64,000 nucleotides of DNA from Pseudomonadota bacterium (GTDB lineage: Bacteria > Bdellovibrionota_C > UBA2361 > OMII01): positions 64,001-128,000 of the forward strand of contig JAYPVM010000005.1 of the NCBI GenBank assembly GCA_038134595.1, read 5' to 3'. The notes beneath the pieces are model-generated. The model ran no database searches and was not told the origin of the DNA. It saw nothing but the letters and a program-made list of their open reading frames with translations. The number at the start of each line of letters is the position of its first letter. Positions within the stretch are counted from its first letter, which is position 1. The position numbers and the translations under genes were made by a program. Positions 49,319 through 58,903 of this stretch are shown one piece after another.

Positions 49319-49735
49319 TTACAAATCGTCACTCTCATCGGGAAGTCTATCAGAACTCTCAGTTGAGGACCTATCTGAATAGCGACGCTCTTGATTCTCC
49401 TGCGCCGTTTTACAGTCGATACACAACTGCGCAACAGGTCGAGCCATCAACCTTGCAAATCCGATCTGCTCTCCGCACTCTTCGCACTCGCCGTAGCTCC
49501 CGTCTTCAATCTTAGCAAGAGCAACCTCTACCTTCTTGAGATGATTTACTTCTCGCTTACCGACCTTCGCTAACGAGTTTTGATTAATCTCTAACGACGC
49601 TAGGTCTACAGAATCGCCAGAAGGAGTCTCGATATCGGCCACAGAAGAATCGCTTATGTCCTCTAAGTGCCGTTGAATCTTTCGTTTTTCTTCCTCCAGA
49701 ATTTGCTTTAGCTGCTCAAGCTCTTTCTTTTTCAT
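49319..49735 (-). CDS. dksA: RNA polymerase-binding protein DksA (TraR/DksA family)
   Basis: DSVDLA coiled-coil tip (DxxDxA) and C4 zinc finger YGECEECG...RL.ARP...LCIDCK. Confidence 0.92.
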   Translation of the reverse strand: MKKKELEQLKQILEEEKRKIQRHLEDISDSSVADIETPSGDSVDLASLEINQNSLAKVGKREVNHLKKVEVALAKIEDGSYGECEECGEQIGFARLMARPVAQLCIDCKTAQENQERRYSDRSSTESSDRLPDESDDL

Positions 49736-49983
49736 CAACTAACCCTCTACTTCGTAAAAACGTCTATACCCAGACAAAACAGGATCACTGTGCTGATGGG
49801 GCGCCCAAATTTATAGACCAGCCATGATTAGAGAGCAACAGATAAATCTATACCGAGCGTTTCAAACAACCATTAAACCAACGGTTCAGATACTCCTTAA
49901 CTACTTGATAGCACTGGAAAAACATGCCGGCCAACTCTCCCTCTTGTCCGAACAAACACCAACGACTTCCACTGAAAGGTTCA

Positions 49984-51552
49984 TTACCCCTTCAAGGTAT
50001 ACTCCCCAAAAGCCTCCCTAAAGACATCTGATATCTCTCCCAACGTGCAATCACTCCGAGCACACTCAATGACAAAGGGCATGATTTGACTTTCGGATTG
50101 CACCACAATTTGTTTTAGTTCACTTAGTGTTCGCTGTACCAGCTGATTGTCTCGCTGGAGTTTAAATTCTTTAAGACCTTTGCACTGCCGGTTTTCCGCC
50201 CCAGCATTGTGCTCTGCAACAGCTTTAATCTCCTCCTCCTCTTCACGATATCTGTTAACACCAACGATAGTCGTCACACCGGATTCCATCGAACGTTGTG
50301 CGCGAAAGGCCGCATCTTCTATCTCTCTCTGTGGATACCCATTATCAACAGCCGCTTCCATACCACCCATGGCATCAATGAGACGAAGCTGCTCTCTTAC
50401 CTCACGTTCAATTGTATCAGTAAGCTCCTCTACGAAAAACGCGCCACCTAGAGGATCCTCACTCTCAATAACTCCAGATTCACACGCAATTATCTGCTGA
50501 GTTCTCAACGCTAGGCGGGCACTCTCTTCTGTCGGCAAGCCTAAAGCTTCATCGTATGAGTTTGTGTGAAGCGACTGCGTGCCGCCCAGTACAGCAGCTA
50601 GAGCCTGAAGTGTTGTTCTAACAATGTTATTCTCCGGCTGTTGTGCCGTAAGGGTACTTCCCGCCGTCTGCGTATGAAAGCGCAAGAGCATCGAACGATT
50701 ATCTAGTGGCGCGTAACGCTCCTTAACAAGCATTGCCCATACTCGCCTCGCGGCCCTAAATTTGGCTATCTCCTCAAAAAAATTATTGTGGCAATTGAAA
50801 AAGAAACTCATCCTCGGGGCAACGGAATCAACAGAGAGACCGCGCTTCTTGGCAGCATCAAGATATGCAAATGCATTGGCGAGGGTAAAAGAAACCTCTT
50901 GTACAGCAGTACTCCCTGCCTCTCGGATATGATAGCCCGATACACTTATGGTGTTCCATCGCGGCACTTCCTTTTCGCAAAATGAAAATAGATCTGTTAC
51001 GAGCCGAACACCCGCAGGCACTGGATAAATATACGTGCCGCGTGCAATATATTCTTTTAAGATATCATTTTGAATCGTTCCCTTTAATGCCTTCCAGTCA
51101 ATCCCCCTTCTCTCGGCTACGACCAAAAGAAAAGCAAGAAGAATGTTCGCCGTGGCATTTATTGTCATCGAAATCGATACTTCATCGAGAGGTATTGACT
51201 CAAGCAATCGATCCATATCGCTGACGTTCGCCACCGATACTCCCACACGCCCAACTTCTCCTCGCACCAGTGCGTGGTCAGGATCTCGTCCCATCTGAGT
51301 CGGGAGATCGAAGGCTATACTGAGCCCTGTAGTCCCCTGCTCCAACAGGTAGCGATATCGCGCATTCGCCTCCTCTGCCCCACCAAACCCCGCATATTGT
51401 CGCATCGTCCATAATCGCCCCCGATACATCGTAGGATGGATGCCACGTGTATAAGGAAAGGACCCAGCCCTCTCTGGTGCGCCCACTGAGAGACCTTCCT
51501 GTTGGGTTTCTTTTTCTTTTGAAGCAGGGTGTGGCTCTTTTTTTCTGACCAT
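49984..51552 (-). CDS. Methylmalonyl-CoA mutase, substrate-binding subunit (no B12-binding domain)
   Basis: FPYTRG, WTMRQYAGF, AFDLPTQMG, QNDILKEYIARGTY, GYHIREAG, SLHTNSYDEA, TLGEI; no DxHxxG domain. Confidence 0.92.
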   Translation of the reverse strand: MVRKKEPHPASKEKETQQEGLSVGAPERAGSFPYTRGIHPTMYRGRLWTMRQYAGFGGAEEANARYRYLLEQGTTGLSIAFDLPTQMGRDPDHALVRGEVGRVGVSVANVSDMDRLLESIPLDEVSISMTINATANILLAFLLVVAERRGIDWKALKGTIQNDILKEYIARGTYIYPVPAGVRLVTDLFSFCEKEVPRWNTISVSGYHIREAGSTAVQEVSFTLANAFAYLDAAKKRGLSVDSVAPRMSFFFNCHNNFFEEIAKFRAARRVWAMLVKERYAPLDNRSMLLRFHTQTAGSTLTAQQPENNIVRTTLQALAAVLGGTQSLHTNSYDEALGLPTEESARLALRTQQIIACESGVIESEDPLGGAFFVEELTDTIEREVREQLRLIDAMGGMEAAVDNGYPQREIEDAAFRAQRSMESGVTTIVGVNRYREEEEEIKAVAEHNAGAENRQCKGLKEFKLQRDNQLVQRTLSELKQIVVQSESQIMPFVIECARSDCTLGEISDVFREAFGEYTLKG

Positions 51553-51557
51553 AGAGT

Positions 51558-52406
51558 CTACTCAATTTTTATATCTTGTAATAAATCTGACACGTACTGT
51601 TCAACGTCACTGCGTCTATCGGCATCCGCTGTGACAGTAATGGACAGCAGCTTACCGTCAAATGATGTTGAAAGAACTCCGGTTGTAATCCGCCCCGATT
51701 CTGCGTCACTCTCGAATTCATGGAGCAAGAACAAACGATCTCGTGAAGAGATATGCCTACGACTTATCCACTCAATGCTCGGAATCGCTTGCTCGTAAGC
51801 GACACCTAGTGTGTCGAGCAATATATCAAGAGAGTCACGATCGATGTCGAGCTCACCAAAACGGATAGCCAACACAACTCCCTGGTCACTACTCCAGGCG
51901 GAATCGGGTCGGGGTGGTTTGCTCCACTTCTCCCTTAGCTGTTCAGTCGATAATTGGGCCAGGCCGTCTGGTAACACAAATCGTATACGTCCGCCCGCCA
52001 TCTCAACACTTCCTACGCTTGCCTCCGACTCTCCCTTCACCGAACAGCTAGGCGGTGCTATGAAAAGAGACTTAACGATCTGGCCATTATGTTCCTCATA
52101 GGCCATCTGTAAAACGATAGCTCTTGGCGAGTGCATTTCGACTACTCGAACCATTTGAAATTCAGAATCAATCTCCGAATCGTAGCCGAGACTCGCACGT
52201 AGCTCCTCCCAAGACTCCGGCCAAGCACCAAAACTACAGTAAAAAGCCTGCACACTCTCAAACAAGCGTTGTCCAATAGAAGCAGGCGCAGCGTTGCTTA
52301 ACTCCTCATTTGCATTTTCTGGCGATACGTTGTTTGAGGCAGAGCACCCAACGAGGATAAAACCCAATACTCCAAAGGCTATGACACGCTTAATTGACTT
52401 TCTCAT
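51558..52406 (-). CDS. Hypothetical lipoprotein
   Basis: Signal peptide with LVGC lipobox; GGAGGG RBS; co-oriented 5 bp upstream of the mutase. Confidence 0.72.
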   Translation of the reverse strand: MRKSIKRVIAFGVLGFILVGCSASNNVSPENANEELSNAAPASIGQRLFESVQAFYCSFGAWPESWEELRASLGYDSEIDSEFQMVRVVEMHSPRAIVLQMAYEEHNGQIVKSLFIAPPSCSVKGESEASVGSVEMAGGRIRFVLPDGLAQLSTEQLREKWSKPPRPDSAWSSDQGVVLAIRFGELDIDRDSLDILLDTLGVAYEQAIPSIEWISRRHISSRDRLFLLHEFESDAESGRITTGVLSTSFDGKLLSITVTADADRRSDVEQYVSDLLQDIKIE

Positions 52407-52515
52407 TGTTAAAATAATACCCCTCCCCTATCATAAAGGTAAAGCGAAAGATTTCTGACAACTATCACCTTACTCGCGGTGTATCCAGAGGTATTTGCAT
52501 CCACATAAGGCCCAC

Positions 52516-54087
52516 ATGACTGACAACGATCCGCCTCAAAAACAAAGTTCCACCTTGGCCCATAGAAACAAAGCGGCTGAGCTTGGCGGTGGCTCCGAGC
52601 GAGTTGCCAAGCAACACCGAGAGGGTAAACTTACCGCACGGGAACGAGTAGATCTCTTGCTTGATGACAAATCTTTTCAGGAGTTCGACAAGCTAGTCAC
52701 TCACCGCTCACATAACTTTGGACTTGAGAAGCAGCGATATCCAGGCGATGGTGTAGTGACCGGAACGGGAACAATTAACGGGCGTCCGGTATGTGTATTC
52801 GCGCAAGATTTCACCGTGTTCGGCGGCTCACTTGCCGCCATGCATGCGCGAAAAATTGTAAAGATAATGGACCTAGCCGAAAAGCTCGGCTGTCCCATTA
52901 TTGGACTCAACGACTCTGGCGGGGCTCGCATACAAGAGGGAGTGGAAAGCCTTGGTGGATATGCAGATATTTTTCTAAGAAATACCCTCCTGTCGGGCGT
53001 CGTCCCACAATTATCACTTATCATGGGTCCATGCGCGGGAGGAGCTGTCTATTCTCCTGCGATAACCGATTTCATTTTCATGGTTCGAAACACCAGTCAT
53101 ATGTTTATAACAGGGCCAGATGTTATTAAGGCTGTAACCAAGGAAGACACGTCAAAAGAATTGTTAGGTGGCGCCTCTACCCATAACCAACTAAGTGGAG
53201 TTGCCCACAGAGAGGTGGAAAATGATCAAGAGTGTATCGAGCTTTGTCGAAAGGTTCTTGCCTATATACCACAAAACAACCTCGATCGCTCTCCCCGTAT
53301 GCTAAATGGAGATGCCACGGATCGGCTAACCAATGAACTTGCCACTCTGATTCCCAAGACCCCAAATTCTCCATATGACATGACTGCCGTCATTGAGACC
53401 ATTGCCGATCGGGGCTCCTTTCTTGAATTACAGCCAACCTATGCCGCTAACATCATAATCGGCTTCATTCGATTAAATGGCGAATCAATCGGGGTTGTAG
53501 CCAATCAGCCCTCAGTTCTTGCGGGATGCTTAGATATTAACGCCAGTTCAAAAGCAGCTCGATTTGTGCGCTTCTGCGATGCTTTTAACATCCCACTCCT
53601 AACGCTGGTTGATGTGCCTGGATTTCTACCCGGAGTCAATCAAGAACACGGCGGCATAATTCGGCACGGAGCTAAGCTTCTCTTTGCTTTTGCAGAGGCG
53701 ACCGTCCCCAAAGTAACACTCATCGTGCGAAAAGCATACGGAGGAGCCTACGACGTAATGAGCTCAAAACACATCAGAGCCGATATTAATTTCGCCTTCC
53801 CGTCAGCGGAAATAGCAGTCATGGGATCAGAAGGGGCTGTTAATATAATCTTCAGAAAGGAAATCGCGGCTGCAAAAAGCAGCGGCACAGAACATGAAGT
53901 TCGTACTCAACTAGTAAGTGACTACAGAGAGAAATTTGCAACACCCTGGGAAGCAGCCGAACTTGGATTTATCGATTCTGTGATCGAACCCTCCCAGTCA
54001 AGAAGGTCCTTAATCAGAGCTTTTGAGACGCTCGTGACAAAACGGCAGACAAATCCCAAAAAGAAACACGGCAATATCCCCCTCTAA
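52516..54087 (+). CDS. Acyl-CoA carboxyltransferase (propionyl-CoA carboxylase beta / methylmalonyl-CoA decarboxylase alpha type)
   Basis: [55 protein letters not shown]. Confidence 0.94.
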   Translation: MTDNDPPQKQSSTLAHRNKAAELGGGSERVAKQHREGKLTARERVDLLLDDKSFQEFDKLVTHRSHNFGLEKQRYPGDGVVTGTGTINGRPVCVFAQDFTVFGGSLAAMHARKIVKIMDLAEKLGCPIIGLNDSGGARIQEGVESLGGYADIFLRNTLLSGVVPQLSLIMGPCAGGAVYSPAITDFIFMVRNTSHMFITGPDVIKAVTKEDTSKELLGGASTHNQLSGVAHREVENDQECIELCRKVLAYIPQNNLDRSPRMLNGDATDRLTNELATLIPKTPNSPYDMTAVIETIADRGSFLELQPTYAANIIIGFIRLNGESIGVVANQPSVLAGCLDINASSKAARFVRFCDAFNIPLLTLVDVPGFLPGVNQEHGGIIRHGAKLLFAFAEATVPKVTLIVRKAYGGAYDVMSSKHIRADINFAFPSAEIAVMGSEGAVNIIFRKEIAAAKSSGTEHEVRTQLVSDYREKFATPWEAAELGFIDSVIEPSQSRRSLIRAFETLVTKRQTNPKKKHGNIPL

Positions 54088-54102
54088 GATGGAGCAATTG
54101 AC

Positions 54103-54330
54103 ATGCAGATAAATCTAGCCCCCCCTCTTCCCGGCTTCATCAACCACAAAGAGGTTCCTTTTTTGAATTCCAAGGCTCCTGTTTCCAATGACGATTTGGT
54201 TGCAATAGCCATGGCCGTTCACTTGGTAGCATCAGCCAGCCAACATACGAGCGATTCATCCAAGAACACCGCTTATTCTTCTCTGTGGTATCAAGTCGGT
54301 TTGGCTGAGGGAATCTCACGGGGGTTATAA
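54103..54330 (+). CDS. Small accessory (epsilon-like) carboxylase subunit
   Basis: DDLVAIAMAV...SSLW..VG motif between the carboxyltransferase and BCCP genes; TAATG coupling to the next gene. Confidence 0.6.
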   Translation: MQINLAPPLPGFINHKEVPFLNSKAPVSNDDLVAIAMAVHLVASASQHTSDSSKNTAYSSLWYQVGLAEGISRGL

Positions 54331-54740
54331 TGTCACGTTATGTAGTCGCAGTTAATGGTAAGCAATACTCAGTGACACTAATGGAAATGCGCCAGGATAC
54401 GGTCGTACTATCGATAGATGGGAAGACGTGCGAGGTGCAAGTATGCCCTGTGACGGCAGATGATAGCGCTGGTGAAAAAACACTCAGTACTGGAAAAAAA
54501 CAATCGACACCGACAAGATACAAGGCCGAGGCCCCCATGCCAGGTATCATCTCTAAGATACTGTGTTCAGTTGGGCAACTAGTAGAGAGCAACGTTGCGT
54601 TGTTAACAATCGAAGCGATGAAGATGGAGAATCCCATCTCCCTGCCGAACCCAGTCGTTATAAAAGACATTCATGTCTCTGTCGGCGACGAGGTTAAACA
54701 GGGAGTACTATTAATCACCTGCGCACCACCCCCAACGTAA
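54330..54740 (+). CDS. Biotin carboxyl carrier protein
   Basis: APMPG and IEAMKMEN biotinylation motif. Confidence 0.92.
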   Translation: MSRYVVAVNGKQYSVTLMEMRQDTVVLSIDGKTCEVQVCPVTADDSAGEKTLSTGKKQSTPTRYKAEAPMPGIISKILCSVGQLVESNVALLTIEAMKMENPISLPNPVVIKDIHVSVGDEVKQGVLLITCAPPPT

Positions 54741-55075
54741 GCAGAGATAAGGCTAAACTATCTTCTGGCGGGCACTACACTTTAAGACACACGATTAATA
54801 CATTTTCTTAAAACGACCCTTTGTGTCCGCTAGCTCCGGTGGCAAGATGCAGTCTACTCAATAAGATATTCCTCTACCCTGCCCCAAATATCGACTTAAA
54901 AAGGGGCTATCGGCTATCACGCCTCGGTATAAAACTACAAAAAAAGAGGCTTGCTTGAGCCAAACAGGCTTTGTTGTGGCCAGAGTTTCGTCAGGACGTT
55001 GAGTTTTTGAATGAAAGATCCAAACCATTGAAAAACCTCTTCTACTCCGCAAAAGAAATTGTGTAAACTAAGTTC

Positions 55076-57199
55076 ATGGGAAGCAAAACAAAAGAAGAAG
55101 TGTCGCTAGTCTTTTCGAACGACGGTAGCCTCGCTATCATTGCACTCGGCAATGAAACTGAGACAGCAATCGTCTTAACCCCGACACGCATGCAATCGTT
55201 AGTCAATGCGCTCCACGAGGTGCGACAAAGGAAACCGAAGGGACTAGTTCTTCGTTCACCGACACTAAAATCGTTTTGTGTTGGCGCTGATATATCACTT
55301 ATTCAAGGGGTACGCGATCCATCTACTGGCATCGAGCTGGCTCAGCAGGGCCAAGAGGCCTACAACCTATTGGAAGACTTGCCCTGCACAACAGTGGTTG
55401 CAATAAGTGGCCCTTGTGTTGGCGGCGGTTGCGAGATGGCCCTTGCGTGCGACTATCGGCTCGCTGCAGATTCAGCGCATACAACAATAGGCCTACCCGA
55501 GACTAAGCTGGGCATCCTTCCTGGCTTTGGCGGTACCTACCGCCTCCCTCGTCTGATTGGTCTTCCCGCTGCGTTAGATGTTATTCTAGCTGGCAAGGTC
55601 CTTCGTACCAAACAAGCTCTAAGGATTGGACTTGTTGACAAAATTGTCGCCGAGCGTTCCCTTCATGAAATTGCTTCCGAAGTCGCACTTGGAAATCAAT
55701 TGATAACGAGACCAAAGGGTGGTCTCATTCGCCGCATAACATCCTCGACGCGACTAGGTAGGCTTATCACGGAGAAAGCCGCGCGCAAATCTCTCAGAAA
55801 ACAAACGAAGGGATTTTATCCTGCACCTGAAAAGGCCCTGATCAGATGCGTAGAGGGCTTGAGCCTTAACCGAAAATCTGCGCTAACACTCGAGGCTCGA
55901 GACCTTGGAGAGTTGATAGTAACGCCAGAGTGTAAATCGCTTGTACATGTATACTATCTTACAGAACACTCTAAAGCTTTTGGAAAGTCGTATCACCTAG
56001 ATAATACAAACACTCACGGCATGGTTATCGGGGCTGGAACTATGGGAGCTGGTATCGCAGGATTGCTAGCTCAGAAGTGCAAATCGGTGATTGTCAAAGA
56101 TACCTCGCTTGCTTCTCTGCAACGTGGCAAGGACCACCTCAGAAAAAGCATGGCAAAACGCCGAAGCCTTTCCTCTTTTGAAAGAGCGACGATACTGAAT
56201 AAAATCGACTGGCTCCAGTACAACTCAGAAACGATCCAGAGAAGCGATATTGTCATTGAGGCTGTTTTTGAAAACATGGAGCTAAAGAAGTCAATATTCC
56301 AAGGGCTAGTGTCTCACGTATCATCAGGATGCATCTTAGCGTCAAACACATCTTCTCTCTCAGTGAGCGAAATGGCCTCAGGCATCTCCAATCCCGAACG
56401 ATTTATAGGGATGCATTTCTTTAATCCCGTCGAGCGGATGCCTCTTGTTGAGCTAATATACGGAAACCAAACCTCTGAAGAAACAATCCAAAAAACAGCT
56501 GCGCTATCTGTTGCGTTAGGGAAGTTTCCGATTGTCGTCAAAGATGTTCCTGGATTTCTAGTTAATCGCATTTTAATTCCTTACTTAAATGAAGCGATAT
56601 ATCTTCTTGAAGAGGGATATGCGGTAACTAAGATTGACAACGCGGCGATCGCATTTGGTATGCCGATGGGCCCAATCAGACTACTGGATGAAGTAGGTCT
56701 CGATGTAGCAGCTCATGTCTCTGAAATTATGGTGCAGGGATATGGGGAGCGTATGGCAGTACCACAATACGCAAAAACGCTCATCGAATCAGGGCGGTTG
56801 GGCAAGAAAAACAAAAAGGGATTTTATGACTATTCCAGTAAGAAACCACTGGTGTGGCAAAATCTCACCGAAACCCTCGGATTGCCGGAAACAGCCACGC
56901 CCACTAACAGAGAGGAGCAGTACATTCAGGAGCGGCTTATTTTTCATCTCGTTAACGAAGCCATGAAATGTTTATACGAGGGTGTGGCAGGCAGCGAGAT
57001 CGAGAACGCGGAGAAACAGATAGATCTTGGAATGGTAATGGGAATCGGATTTCCACCATTTCGTGGTGGCGTCTTGCACTATGCTCGCCAAGTGGGCCTG
57101 GAGAAAGTTCGCCAGCAGCTCCACAGCTTTGCTGACCGCTACGGAGTGCGGTACACTCCGTGGGAGGAGACTGCAGCCTCTGCATCCAACGGAGATTAG
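55076..57199 (+). CDS. fadJ: Fatty acid oxidation complex alpha subunit (enoyl-CoA hydratase / 3-hydroxyacyl-CoA dehydrogenase)
   Basis: FCVGADI, GGGCEMALACD, GLPETKLG, GAGTMG, ASNTSSL, GMHFFNP, PGFLVNR, GFPPFRGG. Confidence 0.92.
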   Translation: MGSKTKEEVSLVFSNDGSLAIIALGNETETAIVLTPTRMQSLVNALHEVRQRKPKGLVLRSPTLKSFCVGADISLIQGVRDPSTGIELAQQGQEAYNLLEDLPCTTVVAISGPCVGGGCEMALACDYRLAADSAHTTIGLPETKLGILPGFGGTYRLPRLIGLPAALDVILAGKVLRTKQALRIGLVDKIVAERSLHEIASEVALGNQLITRPKGGLIRRITSSTRLGRLITEKAARKSLRKQTKGFYPAPEKALIRCVEGLSLNRKSALTLEARDLGELIVTPECKSLVHVYYLTEHSKAFGKSYHLDNTNTHGMVIGAGTMGAGIAGLLAQKCKSVIVKDTSLASLQRGKDHLRKSMAKRRSLSSFERATILNKIDWLQYNSETIQRSDIVIEAVFENMELKKSIFQGLVSHVSSGCILASNTSSLSVSEMASGISNPERFIGMHFFNPVERMPLVELIYGNQTSEETIQKTAALSVALGKFPIVVKDVPGFLVNRILIPYLNEAIYLLEEGYAVTKIDNAAIAFGMPMGPIRLLDEVGLDVAAHVSEIMVQGYGERMAVPQYAKTLIESGRLGKKNKKGFYDYSSKKPLVWQNLTETLGLPETATPTNREEQYIQERLIFHLVNEAMKCLYEGVAGSEIENAEKQIDLGMVMGIGFPPFRGGVLHYARQVGLEKVRQQLHSFADRYGVRYTPWEETAASASNGD

Positions 57200-57278
57200 G
57201 TTTGCGAATTCGCAAAAATAAAAAAGAAGCGATGGCAAATAACCCCTTCTTACACGCATACAGAATAGACAGAGCTCG

Positions 57279-57410
57279 CTATCGTTTCGAGGCATCCTGG
57301 ATAAACGCATCGATTATCCCTACCAGCCCAGCTAACTCCCCGTCTTGATCGGCCTGCATGCCAAAATATACCCCTCCTAGAAAAACAACTCCCAAAAGCA
57401 CAAGCTTCAT
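57279..57410 (-). CDS. Small (43 aa) membrane or secreted protein, below the ORF-track cutoff
   Basis: AGGAG RBS, ATG, MKLVLLGVVFLGGVYFGMQADQDGELAGLVGIIDAFIQDASKR, TAG. Confidence 0.6.
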   Translation of the reverse strand: MKLVLLGVVFLGGVYFGMQADQDGELAGLVGIIDAFIQDASKR

Positions 57411-57640
57411 AAGCAGTCTCCTATCAAACCAGGGTAAATTCCCCACTAAAAAAACCTAACCGATACACAAAACAGCCATCACTTCTGCAGTTAAGCCCAC
57501 AAATCTAACTGTACTGTTAGAGATTCCAGCACCTACTCGATCGCTTCTCGATGCAGCTTTAATTTTTCAAAAAAAAGGACCACGCCCAACAAATTCACCG
57601 ATCAACTACACTTTTCAAGTGGTTAGATCCCACAGACGGC

Positions 57641-58858
57641 TTAGCAAACATCGCGCATAGTGGCCCGAAAAGCAAAGAGCCATAAAATACTTGACGCTAA
57701 AAGAGCTGCAGTCGTCACTTGCAAAGCCAGGGAGAGCGAGCCAGAAAGATCAGCAGAGACCCCAACCACAACTGGCCCCAGAAAGCCTCCGAAAAGCTGA
57801 ATCAAAAATATCGTTATCCCTTGCGTCAAAGACTCATAACCAGATGGCGCCCGTTCGACGATAACAGCATTTAATGGAGCGACCCCCGCAAAGATAAAAA
57901 GTTCAGCGAAAGCACAGCATACAAAAAATCCCAAGGCGGTTTGTGCTACAAAGCAGATACCTAGCAATGGAACCGCAACAAACGAAGATACAACAACAAA
58001 GCGGAGCAAACTATGGTCACTGTGAACACTGCGTTGGGCCATTATCGATGCTATGTACCCCCCGCCTGTTGTTCCTAGTAAACCAGTAACAACCAGAACA
58101 ATCCCAAAATACGACGCGGCCGCTGCCTCAGAGAGCCCAAGTGAGGACCCATGCCTAACAACAAACGCAGCAATCCCGTTTAGCGCAAAGGTATTAAAAA
58201 TATACCCACCGATCAAAAACATTAGCATGGGCTTCGATAGAATCTTTTTAATTCCATTCAAAAAATCTCCGCTGTGATTGTCGGCACCTGCAGAAGAAAT
58301 TGGGCGCCTCTTCTCCGGCGCCAAACACAGAAAACCACCCGCCAACACGAGTCCTGGTATTGCAGCGATTATAAACAAGAGCCTCCAGCCATATTCAGCC
58401 GCTACGATACCACCACCAACAAAACCAAGTGCCGCACCGACTGGTATCGCCACATAAAAAATCGCCAGTGCTTTATTAAGGAAAACAGAGTCTATCACGC
58501 GACCCTTGAGATACACCGGCACAAGGGCGCCGTAGCAAGCCTCGCCCACACCCACTAAGACACGACAAACAAAAAATGATGCCGAGCCAACAGCAAACGA
58601 CGTCATTGCCGTACAAACACTCCAAAGCACCACGCCAATTGCCATAACCTTTCGTTTATCGTACCGATCTCCTAGAAATCCAAATATCGGAGAGAATATA
58701 AAATATCCCAATACGAATGCTGAGACTAAAAACCCCGCATCGGTGTTTGATAGTCCAAATTCTGCGCTCACTCTTGGCTCAACAGCTTGAACGATATATC
58801 TATCGAAATAATTCAGAAGATTGACTAACGTGAGAAAAAGAACACTACCTACCGGCAT
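57641..58858 (-). CDS. Spinster-family MFS transporter
   Basis: NLLNYFDRY, SPIFGFLGDRYDKR, RVLVGVGEA, FYVAIPVGAALG, WR..F..AAIPG; GGAGG RBS. Confidence 0.88.
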   Translation of the reverse strand: MPVGSVLFLTLVNLLNYFDRYIVQAVEPRVSAEFGLSNTDAGFLVSAFVLGYFIFSPIFGFLGDRYDKRKVMAIGVVLWSVCTAMTSFAVGSASFFVCRVLVGVGEACYGALVPVYLKGRVIDSVFLNKALAIFYVAIPVGAALGFVGGGIVAAEYGWRLLFIIAAIPGLVLAGGFLCLAPEKRRPISSAGADNHSGDFLNGIKKILSKPMLMFLIGGYIFNTFALNGIAAFVVRHGSSLGLSEAAAASYFGIVLVVTGLLGTTGGGYIASIMAQRSVHSDHSLLRFVVVSSFVAVPLLGICFVAQTALGFFVCCAFAELFIFAGVAPLNAVIVERAPSGYESLTQGITIFLIQLFGGFLGPVVVGVSADLSGSLSLALQVTTAALLASSILWLFAFRATMRDVC

Positions 58859-58903
58859 TACTGCCTCCAAATAACCTGCAGTCTAGGGACACGATACAAC
58901 AAG

